Shown piece by piece: positions 34,001 through 47,000 of a stretch of DNA of 64,000 nucleotides. This DNA comes from Botryllus schlosseri (Eukaryota), in assembly GCA_051294905.1 (NCBI GenBank), contig CM119381.1, forward strand, positions 15,128,001 through 15,192,000. The letters are read 5' to 3'. A program made the position numbers and the translations under genes. Below the pieces are notes generated by a model that saw only the letters and a list, made by a program, of their open reading frames with translations, made no database searches and had not been told where the DNA came from. The number at the start of each line of letters is the position of its first letter. Within the stretch, counting starts at the first letter, position 1.

Positions 34001-34400
34001 TTCGTACAACGTACAAAGATGTCCTTTCAGCTTCTCAACAACCAATATTGTCTATGAATTCATGTCCCACCTTGATTGTCGGTACGTGGGAAGAACAACT
34101 CAGCGCTTGCTCAACGCTTCAAAGAATGTTCCGAGTGTTATTAGATCGCGCACATTAGATTCTCGCGAAGTGAAAATGCAACTGTAACTGATCTACTGTT
34201 GTTAGAACAAAATCAGGCCATGGGTACAAACTCAGCCATTGGCAAGCATTTAGTTGAGAATACTAGGGTACTTGTGCTAAAAATTATCAATCGCGACGAA
34301 AGATTTTCTATATCAGGCATATAGAATCCACACTCTTTTCCATCTGTCTGCACTTGAATCATCTTTTATCATAATCAACCATCCGCGCTCGTGTCAGCAC
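31050..34400 (+). mobile_element. Decayed Penelope-like retroelement (RT remnant plus GIY-YIG endonuclease), interrupted by a MITE
   Basis: Frameshifted fragments: NIDNLSDYYLTSTEK; LRLNPNIHTTKPDKG; MESILGDESKF; KFTFEKECANSLPSADVL; NIVYEFMSHLDCRYVGRTTQRL (GIY-YIG-like); SAIGKHLVEN. Most of the RT core appears deleted near 32090. Confidence 0.85.
32471..33610. mobile_element. hAT (Buster-type) non-autonomous element inserted in the Penelope-like element
   Basis: TIRs CAGTGGTCGGGAACCT / AGGTTCCCGACCACTG. Perfect TSD GTATACAG. Confidence 0.95.
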
Positions 34401-35137
34401 TCATAGTCTGGGAGCCGACGGCCTAAGTGCGTGCTCATAAGGTCTTAGAAGGTTTGAAGGTCGAAATTGAAAGTATAAAATGCACTGCTCACAAATCTTA
34501 ACGTCAGCCGTTACCGCTCCTGGGGGTTTGGCTGTGAGGGGGCAGCAAAAATTTGCATAAAACCGAAATTTCGACTCATAGGTACAGCGTCAGTTCCGAT
34601 ATTTTAAGGAAGAGTACCCTTTCGCATAACAGAATATATATGAACAGGAGGAATTTTTGCTCAAGATGCGCTCGCGGTTTGCCTGTAGCTCATGTTGTAT
34701 TCACTCCTATGACGTTATAATTGGATGCATACAATGTAGTTAGATGCAAGTTTTTGAAAATCATAGAAGCGCTAGATATCCCTGGTCATGTCCGCAATTC
34801 CCTCCAACCAATCAACGAATCGTGCAATCCATAATTTCAAGAAGTGCGATGTCGGGTATAGCTTACGGCTGATTCACGATTGATATCGTTTGCCGGCATG
34901 ACAGAAACTTTGTTTTAGAAATTATATAAACTTCTTTTGGAACTATAGACGCATTAAATTTGTTTTCTTTACTCTACAATGTGACTAAATTTGCTTACTT
35001 TTTGCTCTATGAATGCGAAAATGAATGAAATTTAGAAATTTTCATAAGGCCTTAACAAAACCTGGCGGAATAGAGCAGAGGTGAATTCAATGGCTTCTGG
35101 TGGGGAATAGACCCATTTGTTAAACACTATATACAAG

Positions 35138-38100
35138 CAGAGGTGGTCAGTAACGAAGTACTTCTAATGTTTGGAAGTACTTAAGTAGTTTTCCTCTACT
35201 TCTGGTACTTACTCGAGTAGATCTGATTTTCTATACTTCTACTTCGTAATATTTTGTGATCTACTTACTTACTTTTCGCTGTTTTCAGTTTGTCAAGTAG
35301 AAGTAGTTTAATCCTCCAATACGAAAGATAGTCCGAGGAATCTCGGGGCTGTTTTCACGGACTATCAACATTTAATATTCATAAAAGTCAAGTAAAGACC
35401 ATAAATTTTGTTGCGCTTCGCGCACAGCAGTTCTGGAGTGACAAAGATGTTTTCACGAAAGTATCAGTGAATATAATTTAGGTACCGGATTGCTCACACC
35501 GTGTTGTCGCCCATATCAAATATTACCTATCATATCGTAATCTAGCAGCCCATGACGTATCCTGCCCTGCTAATCTGGAAAATCCGATTTTTGCACTCAT
35601 GCATATGCACGGAACGAGTGTATGTGTATCATGAGTCGGTGTATATGCCGCAAAAACCATCAAGGACAAAAATAAACGACGTCCTTTCCTTTTCCTGCTT
35701 TCCTTTTAACGTTACAGCTGCTTTAGCAGATCACCTTTGAAGCTTTATGAACAAAAGACATGAAATATATTTTCAGCTGTTTGGAAGTGATTTTTGTATT
35801 TCACTTTCAATTCCGAGTATCATATACTTCGAGTTCTAATTACTTTCAATTCTTTTCACTGCAGAACATACATGTTGAAGCATAAAAGCAAGTGTAATGC
35901 CTTTATTTTCCGAAAATAAAGCTCCACCAAATATAAATTTTACGATCCACAATATTTGTTATTAACGTATACTATAATCGCGCAAAGTGTTGAAACCGTA
36001 TCCGATACAACTTCTCCGTATTGCTCTTCGCCTTAACTTGAGGCCATGCCATTATGTTCGCTAAAACGAGGTATTCTAGTAAACATCCCATGATGCGAAA
36101 GATGTTTATTCTGCAAAATTTGATACCTCCTGGGATCAGGGCATGGTATGGTATGGTATGGAATGGAATGGGAATCTTCCATACTCCATACCCGCCCAAT
36201 TGTTCCATACCATACTTGACAATTTTCCATACCATACCAACATTCTTCCATAACATATTTGATACTTTTTCCATACTTTCGCAACTTGACCAACCTCTCA
36301 AGTGATATTCTATTTTTGATGTGTGGAAATGTTCCGTCGTATATATTCTAATTATTTTGAATGAGATTATCCATTTAAACAGCCCTGATGCACCAATGAT
36401 ATCCCCGGTTTCTTTATATCATAAGTCGTCAGCGATGTAGGAACTTATAATGTAGACCTATTCACATGGGATTATTTTAGAAATCACAACATAATCTCAA
36501 GACATGTAAATCTAGTGTGGTAACGCACTTCTACCATAACCTAATCTACAGAATTACATAAAACAAAGATATTTCCAAATTATAGGATAGGTTCCCAACC
36601 TTTATACACTTTAAAACTGTTCCTCCAATAAAATTTGATAAGACTTTCTTTTGTAAAGACTTGTTATTGGTGAAAGTTAAGACCCCCAGAACGGAACAGC
36701 ACGCAATAAAATTAATGAGCAGGGAGCTGGTAACCGTACACACAATGTTGCGCTTCCGTAAAATGGATGGGTGAGGTAAGCCGACAGAAAAATAGGAAGA
36801 ATTTGAAAATTTTCCAAATGTACCAAGGAGCATCAATTTACATGAGTACATGCCGGATATATTGCATTCGTCAAATTAACTTCCTGGTGTTGACGAACTA
36901 ATGCGTATGGTAGATATAAGCCACCATAACCTACACTGTCGCACGCTACTATAACTCGAGTAGTAAGAAATATATGCCATTTCATCAGTAACGAGTCCGG
37001 CTATGCTATCAATTAGCGATTCTACGATCTCCCGTGAATACATATTTATATGCATATGAACTTTATTTTAATGAATCAGGTGATTTCAATCACACCATTT
37101 CGCATACAAATGAATAACAACCTATATGAGGGAGATCGCGTGCCGCTGTCCAATCGATTCTCGCTAATTGGAGACACTGATAAAACGAATTGCTGAATTG
37201 CAATCGGCATTTCATACAGACGTTTAATAAACGAAGTTAATAATGTGAGGAATATGTTTCCAAGTGAGTCTATTCCTAACCAGAAGGCCCTAGATTCCCC
37301 ACAATTGGGGGACTCGCCATCGGTTGGAAACACCTGCATTGATATATACTTTAAATAAATTTTACATCACTACAATCATTTTGCGACAGCTAATCAAATG
37401 TCTACTTCCTCCGTCAATCTGTGGGTCACACTCGTTAGCTTCATTAGCCAACATCAAGGTGTCCGCTGTCCTTTATATCAGAAATAACCAGTTTTCTTGA
37501 AGTTAACGTGCGTGTTGTAGGTCTGCATATCGTAAAGTCGCTTCAAGACAAGCTACATATTTTTGAATTACAATGATGATTCTGTCAAATAGATATTGCG
37601 TGATGATCATCCTCCCAAAGCACAGAAAATAATTTCCAAGTTCAGCAAATTGATAAAAATATTGATGTAACTTCTACATTCTCAGAGTAGACGATATTAG
37701 AACTACATTGGTTATTTACGTAGTGGAAGCTACGATAAGCGAAATGCAATTGACGTGACAGTGGTCGAATGTAATTCGTTTTTATGGTATTTAAATCGGA
37801 ATAATTATCAATAATATTATTTTCATTCATATGCGCGGCGCGAAACTTTGTTGCCTTCAAATAGATGTTGACCGTAATGGGTGAGTCATGAATCACAATT
37901 TGAGATATGAACATAGACAGTGAGCGATGTTATGTGGTATGCAATCAATTTGACAAATCGAAAGTAGTGCTATTGTCATGGTTCTGGCAAAACTGTCAAA
38001 GTATGGAAAAAGTATAGAAGTATGGAAAACACGTTCCATACCATACTTGGGAAATTTTCATACCATACCATACTTTTACTCTTCCATATTCCATACCGAA

Positions 38101-38405
38101 ATTTCGTTCCATACCATACCATACCATACCATGCCCTGCCTGGGATGCATGAATACGAATCAAGCTCTCTGCATCTTCCGAATAGCTCAATTTGCAGCTT
38201 TTGAAAGTCCATGCCAACGAATTACCACTATTTTCAAAACTACTTACTTACTTGAGTAGATTTAAAGTCAGTCAATTCTACTTCTACTTCAAGTAGTTTT
38301 AGGTGGTTTATGGAAGAAGTACTTCTACTCGTACTTGAGTAGATTTTTTCGTCGCTACTATTACTTCTACTTGAGTAGCTTTCTTGACTACTTTGAACAC
38401 CTCTG
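35138..38405. mobile_element. Tol2-like hAT element, inverted relative to 27076-28766, with a 2-kb insertion
   Basis: Ends CAGAGGTGGTCAGTAACGAAGTACTT / TTTGAACACCTCTG. TSD TATACAAG/TATACACT. Interior homologous to 27076-28766 and about 19250-19712. Confidence 0.85.
36137..38138. mobile_element. hAT-type non-autonomous element with (ATGGT)n subterminal arrays
   Basis: TIR CAGGGCATGGTATGGTATGGTATGGAA with its reverse complement at the right end. Perfect TSD CCTGGGAT at 36129-36136 and 38139-38146. Confidence 0.95.
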
Positions 38406-39415
38406 TATACACTATACAGGACAGTCTATATATTTACGGAGACACATGCGCAATTACCGTTACCAGTTAACTACTCTGGAACGTATGTATCGAAAATATA
38501 TTGCGTGTTGTTCACAAAAACTCATTTAAACTCCGGATAACCAATGATGGCGTCACAAACGCATCCAACACGACCAGTATGACGTGGAATAACGCTTTCG
38601 CTAATTTTTGAGGGCTACCTGTATCGGTTCACAATACGTTTGATGTTGCAGTTATAGGCGGTTTTGTGTCTTGTGTACTCAAACAAGCAAATAGCAGCTC
38701 CGTAATGACAAAAGTTTCGGGTAGTGGGTAATGAAGGCTCGGAATATATCTGAAGTGGAGAATGAAGACAAAAAGGTTGGGAGCCACTAGAATGAAGAAA
38801 ATCGGAGTTATAAGCAGATTGTGTTGCTCATCTTTTCGGAGTTGTTTAATTTTGAATTCTCCTCCATATATACGTACGACATGCGATGAAATGTATATTG
38901 TGCTGTCATCTGTAGGGAAATCGTTCCCAGTTCGTCGCTCTAAAACCCAAATATATGCAAACAAATATCTGAATCTTAGATTTTCAGAACTATTAGTGGC
39001 ATCCGAACCTACCTAATTTATTTTATCAGCACAATTGTTATCACCACCGGGGTATACGTAATTTATGTAGCTCCGGCGGCAATTATAATTGTGTTGGTAA
39101 AATCATTTATGATGACCTGAAAGGGATGTAAGAGATACAGTTACATGTAAACGGTTTTGGTGATCATTCTACTTCATATAACGAATGTATTTTGATGTCT
39201 AATACATTCGCTCCAATATAAGCGACGCGATTGTGCTTCTCGAGTGTAAGGTTTCTCTAGCCAACAACGCCAGTACCAGGGATATCTTTAAGCATAATGG
39301 TTAACTTGTTTTGTGTAAATAACAAGATCCTTACAATAAAGTTTACGCCAAGGTGGTCGGGCAGTCAGAATGCTATTAGACGGAGCACCATCACCGCTAA
39401 GAAAACGTCAAGAAT

Positions 39416-40631
39416 ATGACAGATCGCATAAACCGAAATCAAATTAGAGCCCATAAGCAAAATCTTGGAGTTCTTCAGGCGCACGGAATTATGCTTTCGC
39501 AAATCGAGAAGGATAGAAGAAAAAGACTGCGCGCTGTAGAGCAAGAACTGGTTGACGCTTTCAGATTTCTGGGTGATTTTAGTATTTTTAATTGGTAATC
39601 GTATTGATGGTGGAAGTATAATTACAAGTATCTACGCAATCTATATGGGATGAGGAATACTTGAGTTATTTGTTGTAAATATCTCATATTGCATTGTTCT
39701 GTCATATGTATTTCAGATAGAGTGAGGTCGAATAGCGGACACAGTATTTCATATGCTGAAGCGTATGTGGACGAATTAAAGAAGACTCATAATGCGAGCT
39801 TGATGATGTCTGATATGGGTCAAACGCATAGCCGGAGCTCCATCGTTAGATTAGAGGTATAATCATAATTCCTTGTGACCAGAGGTGGTCAGAAACGAAG
39901 TACTTCTTCTTGTCGAAGTACTTCAAATAGATTTTGCTTACTTACACAACTTCCTCAAGCGGTTATTATGATTTAGGACTACTTCTACTTCTACTTGACA
40001 GGTCAAAGTTGTTTAGGCAAAACTAGGCCTAGAATACTTACTTTTTTACTTACTCGTAAATAGCACCTTCTTTAAGTAGAAATAGACGGCTTTACATTTC
40101 GAATTTGATTCACCCTATTACTGACGTTCGCTGCTGATGAGAGTCAGTGGAAAAGCTTTTAGCGAATAAATTAACAATATGAAGTTATTGTTTCGCGTTA
40201 CTTCTACTTGAGTATAGACAATGACCAGTTTGACCACCCTTGCTTGTGACCGACGGTTCAATAGGTGTTGCAATGAGATGCCTCACCACGCGTTGGGTAT
40301 AGCCTTGCAAGATACGAGCACCAATAATTTTATCTTATGCACCACGTGTGATAATAATGCATAGAAGAAAATTATCCGAGCTAAACACAAAATGTGATTT
40401 TGCGAAACAAAAAATGTATATCTTCTGTGTCATTTTCTGCTTCTAATTAAATTAATTGAATATGTGCTATTTTCGATACAGGTCCAAATGCGCAAAGCTC
40501 TTAATGAGGCTCGGTTTAAAATTCGAAGAAATGAGTTTTTTGAAAAGTGGACGAAAGCCCTGGAATTACCTGATCTTGATCTTGATCCTGATCCTGATGT
40601 TCAAGACACCGGTCAAACCGGTTATATGTAG
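39416..40631 (+). CDS. Uncharacterised 148-aa protein, 3 exons (39416-39572, 39717-39856, 40482-40631)
   Basis: ATG start, GT-AG introns with matching phases (1, 0), no internal stops, ends in TAG. Product: MTDRINRNQIRAHKQNLGVLQAHGIMLSQIEKDRRKRLRAVEQELVDAFRFLDRVRSNSGHSISYAEAYVDELKKTHNASLMMSDMGQTHSRSSIVRLEVQMRKALNEARFKIRRNEFFEKWTKALELPDLDLDPDPDVQDTGQTGYM. Confidence 0.75.
39880..40242. mobile_element. Short Tol2-like MITE in intron 2 of the 148-aa gene
   Basis: CAGAGGTGGTCA / TGACCACCCTTG with perfect TSD CTTGTGAC. Confidence 0.9.
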
Positions 40632-41914
40632 TGATCCAGAACCTAAGTTCTGTCACATGACCGGCCTTTTTCCATAAAGATGGCGCCGCATATCGAACAT
40701 CATCGGAAGATGAATTGCGTCTATGTTGTCTTACTCGTTTGGTGCATTGTACTCGGCGCTATAATTCTCACTCGTGGATATGACGCAGTGGTAGTTCAAG
40801 GCTCGGCGATGCTTACAAATTTATCACTGTGTGACTGTGGCAAATTTTGCTCTCGTTCAATTTAAGTATAAGCGAGGTATACTATATTTAAATTTATGAT
40901 TTATCTTTATATCATCACACTTATTGACAATGATATGAAATAAACTTACAGAACTTGTCTCGGGTGGGACATTTTGCTCGTCTTTCATCTTATTTATAGC
41001 TCTATCAGTTCGATACACCAAAATATCGCGATAATGTGGATAGATATCGGGATGCAAAAGATTCGATGGAGTTATACTGATCGAACACAATAAAATGAAA
41101 TGTTTGTTCCATAGGCGATGGGCGAATAAAAATAGCAAGCGCGTATAGAGAGGAAAGACAGCCGATAGAATATGGCATTTTTATACAAATGCTTTCGAAA
41201 ACACATGTAGTATGAACCTACGGACGATTTGCACCCAATCTAGTCGACGTATACGATGTGGGGTGGTTGGAACACTCGAAATCGTCGTCGTTTCAACAGT
41301 TATAGCGTGTAGATATAGATCATCGGTACGTCATGGGTGTATACAGATGATGATCAAAGCCGACCGTGAAAATGCTGCATAACGATCGGATGTAGTTCCG
41401 GTTAACGATATTTTTGGTCTGTTTATGACAGTGGTCGGGAGTCTTATTCGTCGAAGGAGTTATATACTTGCCCCATATTTTCAATTGTCAATGACAATCC
41501 ACTTTGGCGCAACATGTTTGTTTTAAAATGATTTCACTGTGCTGCGTTAATTTTGAGGTTACTAAAGTATTGGCGGTTAGTGTACTTATTGATGCTGAAT
41601 CCTAACTGCAGTTATCAGTTTTTTTCAATCAGGTCTATTTTTGGCAACTTGCGTTTGAATTTTCGAAAACTGCAGCTTTCAACGTTATGCGATTAAGATT
41701 TGTGACGCCATGAAAAGGATTTAGCAATGATGTTTTGATGAAACGTTTCAATCAATCAATCAGTTTTATTTATATTTTCATCATTTCAAAACATCACAAG
41801 ACTGCGATACAATGAAAAGATAGGAAGGTGTCGAAACAACTTGGAGTAGCCTTTAAGGCGCTTAGAAGATATTTCAATTATAACAAAGACCATTCCCCAT
41901 AGCAGTGGTTCTCA

Positions 41915-41916
<2 letters not shown>

Positions 41917-41957
<41 letters not shown>

Positions 41958-41978
41958 ATGGGGGGGGGGGGGGGGGGG
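41917..41978. repeat. (GT)n microsatellite followed by a G19 run, inside a MITE left end
   Basis: Seen directly after CAGTGGTTCTCAAA at 41903. Confidence 0.9.
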
Positions 41979-42419
41979 CTAAGCCGATATGCTACCTGAA
42001 TTTTTTTTTGGCACTTTGCGCGATTTATCTTCATCTTATAGTATTTTTGTTGTCTATTGTCCAAATTTCATATTTGGGAATTCTCTCATCAATATCCATA
42101 ACATTTAATGCCATCAAACTATCCGTTGGGATTGCTAGCAATCTGATTTCTCTCTTCAATAATTAATATACCAATAATTATTATTGGTATTCCCTGTCGA
42201 TGTTCAAGAATCTCGAATAATTTTACACTCAAAATACGGCATTTGCATATTTATTGTTCAAAATATAATGCGAACGGAGAGCTGACGAAGCACTTGTATC
42301 TTATCTGACTCCGAATTGGTGGCCAAATATTCATATGCTCGCTACTTCTGAATTACATTTCAATAAATATTTTCGACCTTAGCTCGAATTTTCTTGAAGA
42401 AAAAACCATTAATTCGGGA

Positions 42420-42710
42420 GTAAGGCAACATAGCGTAGTGGTGACGATAAGCGACCCGACGAAAGAAAGCACTCACAGGGGATGGAAAGAACTAGTAGAA
42501 AGGGCCGTGGCTTCAAAATATCAACATCGAAAAAGAACTGTAACATCTGGCACTCTAGACCGAGGTGGATGTTAGATTAAAAGGATCGCAACTGCGTGTC
42601 GTTCGACATCCTCCTGTCTGTTCATGACATATCGCATTGTGTCTTATCGCATTGTGTGACTTCTTCAGATGTAAAATACAACTCGACGATTATTATAAAA
42701 AAATATTATC
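42420..42710 (+). mobile_element. SINE-like element (second family); relatives at about 49080-49350 (+) and 59490-60362 (-)
   Basis: Shared 3' block GTCGTTCGACATCC...CATTGTGTCTT. The 59490-60362 copy has a tRNA-like head (GGAGATAGCGTAGTGATG...GGGTTCGAGTCCC) and is split by a MITE. Confidence 0.65.
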
Positions 42711-42717
42711 AGTTCAC

Positions 42718-42718
<1 letters not shown>

Positions 42719-42760
<42 letters not shown>
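42719..42760. repeat. (TC)n microsatellite
   Basis: About 20 TC units seen directly. Confidence 0.95.
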
Positions 42761-42766
<6 letters not shown>

Positions 42767-43527
42767 GAAGAACACAGTATGCTACTTCACTTTGACAAAC
42801 TGTAAATATCGAACAGTAATTAGGTTAGTCGCAAAATATGACGAAGTAAAAGTAGGGAAAAAATTAGATTTACTAGCGTAAGTACTGCAAGTAGAAGAGA
42901 ACTACTTGAGTACATCGAAAAAGTAAAAGTACTTCGTTATTACTGACACACCTCCAATCTAAATCAAGGGCCTGCAACTTGCAACGCACAGGAAAAACTT
43001 GTGCGGTCCACGGGTTGAACTAAACACTATAATCGTTAAAGCATGCATTTGATACCCTGACTCAATATATTTGACAACATTTATTGTATACCCTGAATGT
43101 AATTTTCTCGCTTCGCACGAGTTATACATACGGTTATAGTTGTTATGTAGTGATGTAGTCCAATATATAATTCGATTAATAAGTCTATCCATCATCGTTA
43201 CCGATTGTTAATGATGGGCGTTTGTAACTTCTAAAGAATTTCAGCACTTCGGCACACGAAGAAATGCCTGATTAACGGGCCGCAGTTTCACTTTCACCGC
43301 GTAATTTATATCTGGCCCGTTGTTCAAAATTGCGCGCCGTTGATCTATAAAATTTAAAAAATGCAATATTATACTTGGACGTTATTCCAGCAGTTTTTGA
43401 AAGCAGAATAATTTGTAAATTCTCAGTCTTTTCAAACATATCCGATCAGCCAACGAGTTTTCTTCTTATGGTTGTTACGGTTGAATACCTATACTCGAAT
43501 GTTACCTAATGTCATGCTTCGTTGCTC

Positions 43528-43542
43528 GTTGCTATCAGTAAC
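43528..43542. promoter_or_regulatory. RFX X-box upstream of the dynein heavy chain
   Basis: GTTGCT-ATC-AGTAAC fits GTNRCY-N(0-3)-RGYAAC and lies about 470 bp upstream of the ATG at 44014. Confidence 0.6.
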
Positions 43543-44013
43543 AGCATGCTGTTCAAGCAAACCTCTGCTTTGCGGTTTATATTATTGTTTAGTCTTGTGC
43601 ATTATTTTCATCACAAGTCCACAATTTCATATGAATTAGCATCCGTCCTTCAGAAATGTCCTAGACCTTCGAGCGCGATACAGTCGTATAGCTATCTAAA
43701 GCTTGACATGGACAGTTTAGAATTTGCAGACTTTCCGAATTATCGAATTATATCCTTCATGGCAGAATACCGGTATTGAGAAGTCGTGTAGGAAAAGTGG
43801 ATTCGTTCAAAAACCCACTTGTGTACGAAATCCCTGTCGTAATTCTATTTCTAGAAATATAACGTATTGTTACATACATTTCAGGTAGCTGATCTGACTA
43901 TTCCTTGCTTCCATACAGTTGATAATGAACGAGAAAATGTTTATAATATCCAGTTGCTACTAGCTTGTTCGTCTTATCCGCCTTGTTTATGCGGCGATCC
44001 AGCGAAAATAAAA

Positions 44014-47000
44014 ATGGAGTCAGAGACTCGACTGCAGTGGCTGGAAACCAGAATATTATCGTCATGTAAGCCGCGACCAGATGATTTGAGAAAAATATTC
44101 ACCAAAGATGAATCACGTGCTACTCTTCTTGAGTTTTTCTCAAATAACGATGCACACAGGTCAGCTTTTATCATCAAATAATTTCCTTTAAAAGCATAGC
44201 CGGCTATGTTCATAATGTATCATCACATGGATGCATAATTTCCTTTGTTTCTAATAGTAGCTTCTCTTCTCTATCGATGCAGCTGACTAGATGGTCCGTA
44301 AGGATCGTATCGCTGCAACATGTATTTTATTTTTGAATATAATTTTTGCTCAATAAAAACTGTCTCTCTCTTTATGACTATGAAATAAGATCACTGCTCA
44401 TTCCTGTTATGTATTCTAGTATTATATGACTAAACCCGTTACCGGGCTATATACGTTAATAGATTATATCATATATAATTCTTGACCCGATCATGACTTC
44501 TTTTCTGATGTACTCAGGCTGCAGTTGACTCGATGATTTCATATCCCTTTATTGCAGACTTGGTATCATTTTCCATTGTTTCTCTTATTTACGATTTATT
44601 CATGATGATAAAAAACTGGATATATTGATTGATTAATTATTATATTTAGGTACTAGCCTGTTACTCACAATCCTCACTAATAGTTATTGAGGAAGTGTTA
44701 CTTAAAATTGATCTCTATGGAGCATTATTCCAGGTTGCATTGCAATGCTATGCAAATTTTATTGCAGGCTTTTTGTTTATTCCGCCAACGAGGAAGGAAC
44801 CGCTGCTATTGGTTTGAAAGTATCATTGTCACCGCCTGTGTTTGTAAGATTGTTACTTAAAGGTGTTTTGCTACTTCTCGCTAACGCCGATGTAATTTTA
44901 TTAAGTTTCGAGAGAAATGTATCTGTTTCATTAAAACTGGACCGGCTTCTATGCTCCATTCTGGAAATCTCGATGACAGCATTACATGTATGGACTGGTC
45001 AGACCCCCTCACACATGGAGATATTCTACTCAGGTATGCAACATTCATTGTATGTGGGATGGTTAGACTGACAAGATTTGTTGAAAAGGACTAGATCAGT
45101 ACCCACATTGTCAATCAGATACCTCAGTACTAAGAAAATTATCAGTTTGTCCGATACATATGAGACAGGGTGAGACCGAATGGCTTAAAAATGTGAAAAC
45201 ATATTCGACAAATTTGACAGCAAAATGACTCTATCTGTCATCGATCGGCCAGAACAAAATATGTGATCAGAAAAAATATGGCAATGGTGCAATATTGCAA
45301 TTGATGGCTGAGAGAGAAAGAAAGATGTAATTCGTCAACCATGAAAGAAAAACAATTCCATCTTTGCAAACAATAAAACATTACAACAACAATACTTCAG
45401 TTGGTAGGCTAATGAATGGTACTAACGAAGGGATATGATTTTAATGTCAATCAGAATTCAGAACCAGGAGTGATAAGGAACCATAGTTCCAGAATATAGA
45501 AAGAAAGCCTTGGTGTAGGTAGTGAGATAGTGAAATATTGATGCAGTTGATATTCAGGTGAGATCAAGTAGATTCTTTGTTCGAGAAAACCTATATCAGC
45601 AGAGATGACATGAGATGACAAAGTTGTGGATTATGACTCTTGAGTGAATCGGTGAGATAGGTAAAGAATAATCAAAATTTCCAGGACACAAACTCTCGTT
45701 ATTTTTAGAGAGGTTTTCCTCCCATTGCTGTGTACCGATCAAGAAATGACAAATCAGCAAAACGACGATGGAGCAACCATCACCCAGGATAAACTCATGG
45801 ACCTTTTACATCGTTTGTTGGTGACCATTGAAATCGCAAAGGGAACATCTGAAGGCCAGGTAACTTTCACTTTTTTTGTAATTAAGACGCTGCAGTACAA
45901 TCGTCCCAACTTAAATCTTCTGGAATAGCGTTGTTAGTTTCATCGTGTCCCAGGGTTCATCTTGCATACCTGTACGGTTGATCTCAAATTTTCACATATA
46001 TCTCTGCAATACCCAGCATATCGCCTACACGATACTGATTTTCATGCAAATTTCAATATAATAAAGATATCCTAAAATGACGATGAATGCTGTGAAACTG
46101 ATCATATATAACCACACAATATACTGTGTGAGATTAGGTTTAGGAACTTGTGTTTTTTCTGATTTGTCATACTCAACAGTTGCACTGGACTTATTGACCA
46201 ATCAGACCCTTCGACGCCATGATGCTACGGCATAAATGTTTTGTTATCTCATTTTTATTATTCTTGATTAGTTTCCTGAACTAATCCAATGAATTTAATT
46301 CGATATGGTAGGTCTACTGTTTTTTCTTGGTGTCATTGAGACTGTGGTTTACAACTGCTTTTAAAACAAAGCTGTCTATGTATCAGATATTCTAGAAGTC
46401 AATACAGCACATTCTATTTTAGGTTTGCTTGCCCATACCTTCCATCGAAGTTCTGGCAGAAGCGGCAGCCTACCAGCATAGACAACCTGCCGTCGTGCAT
46501 GTACTGGAGTCTGCTGTCATTGGCTGGATTAGGCAAATCAAAAGTATTCTCCGTCACGACCCATTGGCATCAACAAGGTTAGTTAACATTTCTTCCTATA
46601 CATATCAACTACAACTACAGCAGTATGATCCCTGTGTCACCTGGTTATATTTCTGTTGCTATGGATATAAAATTTCAAAATGTTTCAGAGCAATAAGTCG
46701 AGAATGCAAGGAGCCCGTCAGGCCGCATCATGAAGTTGCAATGTGGGAACGGCACATTCAACACTTGGAATCCATTTTGTTACAGCTTGAAGGTGATTAT
46801 CGACATCGATTCGCGATAAGATAAGACAACTGCACAAAATCAATATTTTTGTAGCTCCTATAGCCACGGATATACTTGTGAATTTGACTCACGCCAACAG
46901 CTCGTATGCGCAATCTTTTGGCACTGTACGTACTGAAGTTCAAGATGCTCTCACAACTGCCCGGGCTAGGTTAAGGTGTTTCACCACGGTCTTGCCCTGG

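Noticed and set aside
38629-38964. 111-aa minus-strand ORF as a gene divergent from the 148-aa gene
   Set aside because: It has no recognisable domain and I could not build a consistent exon chain.
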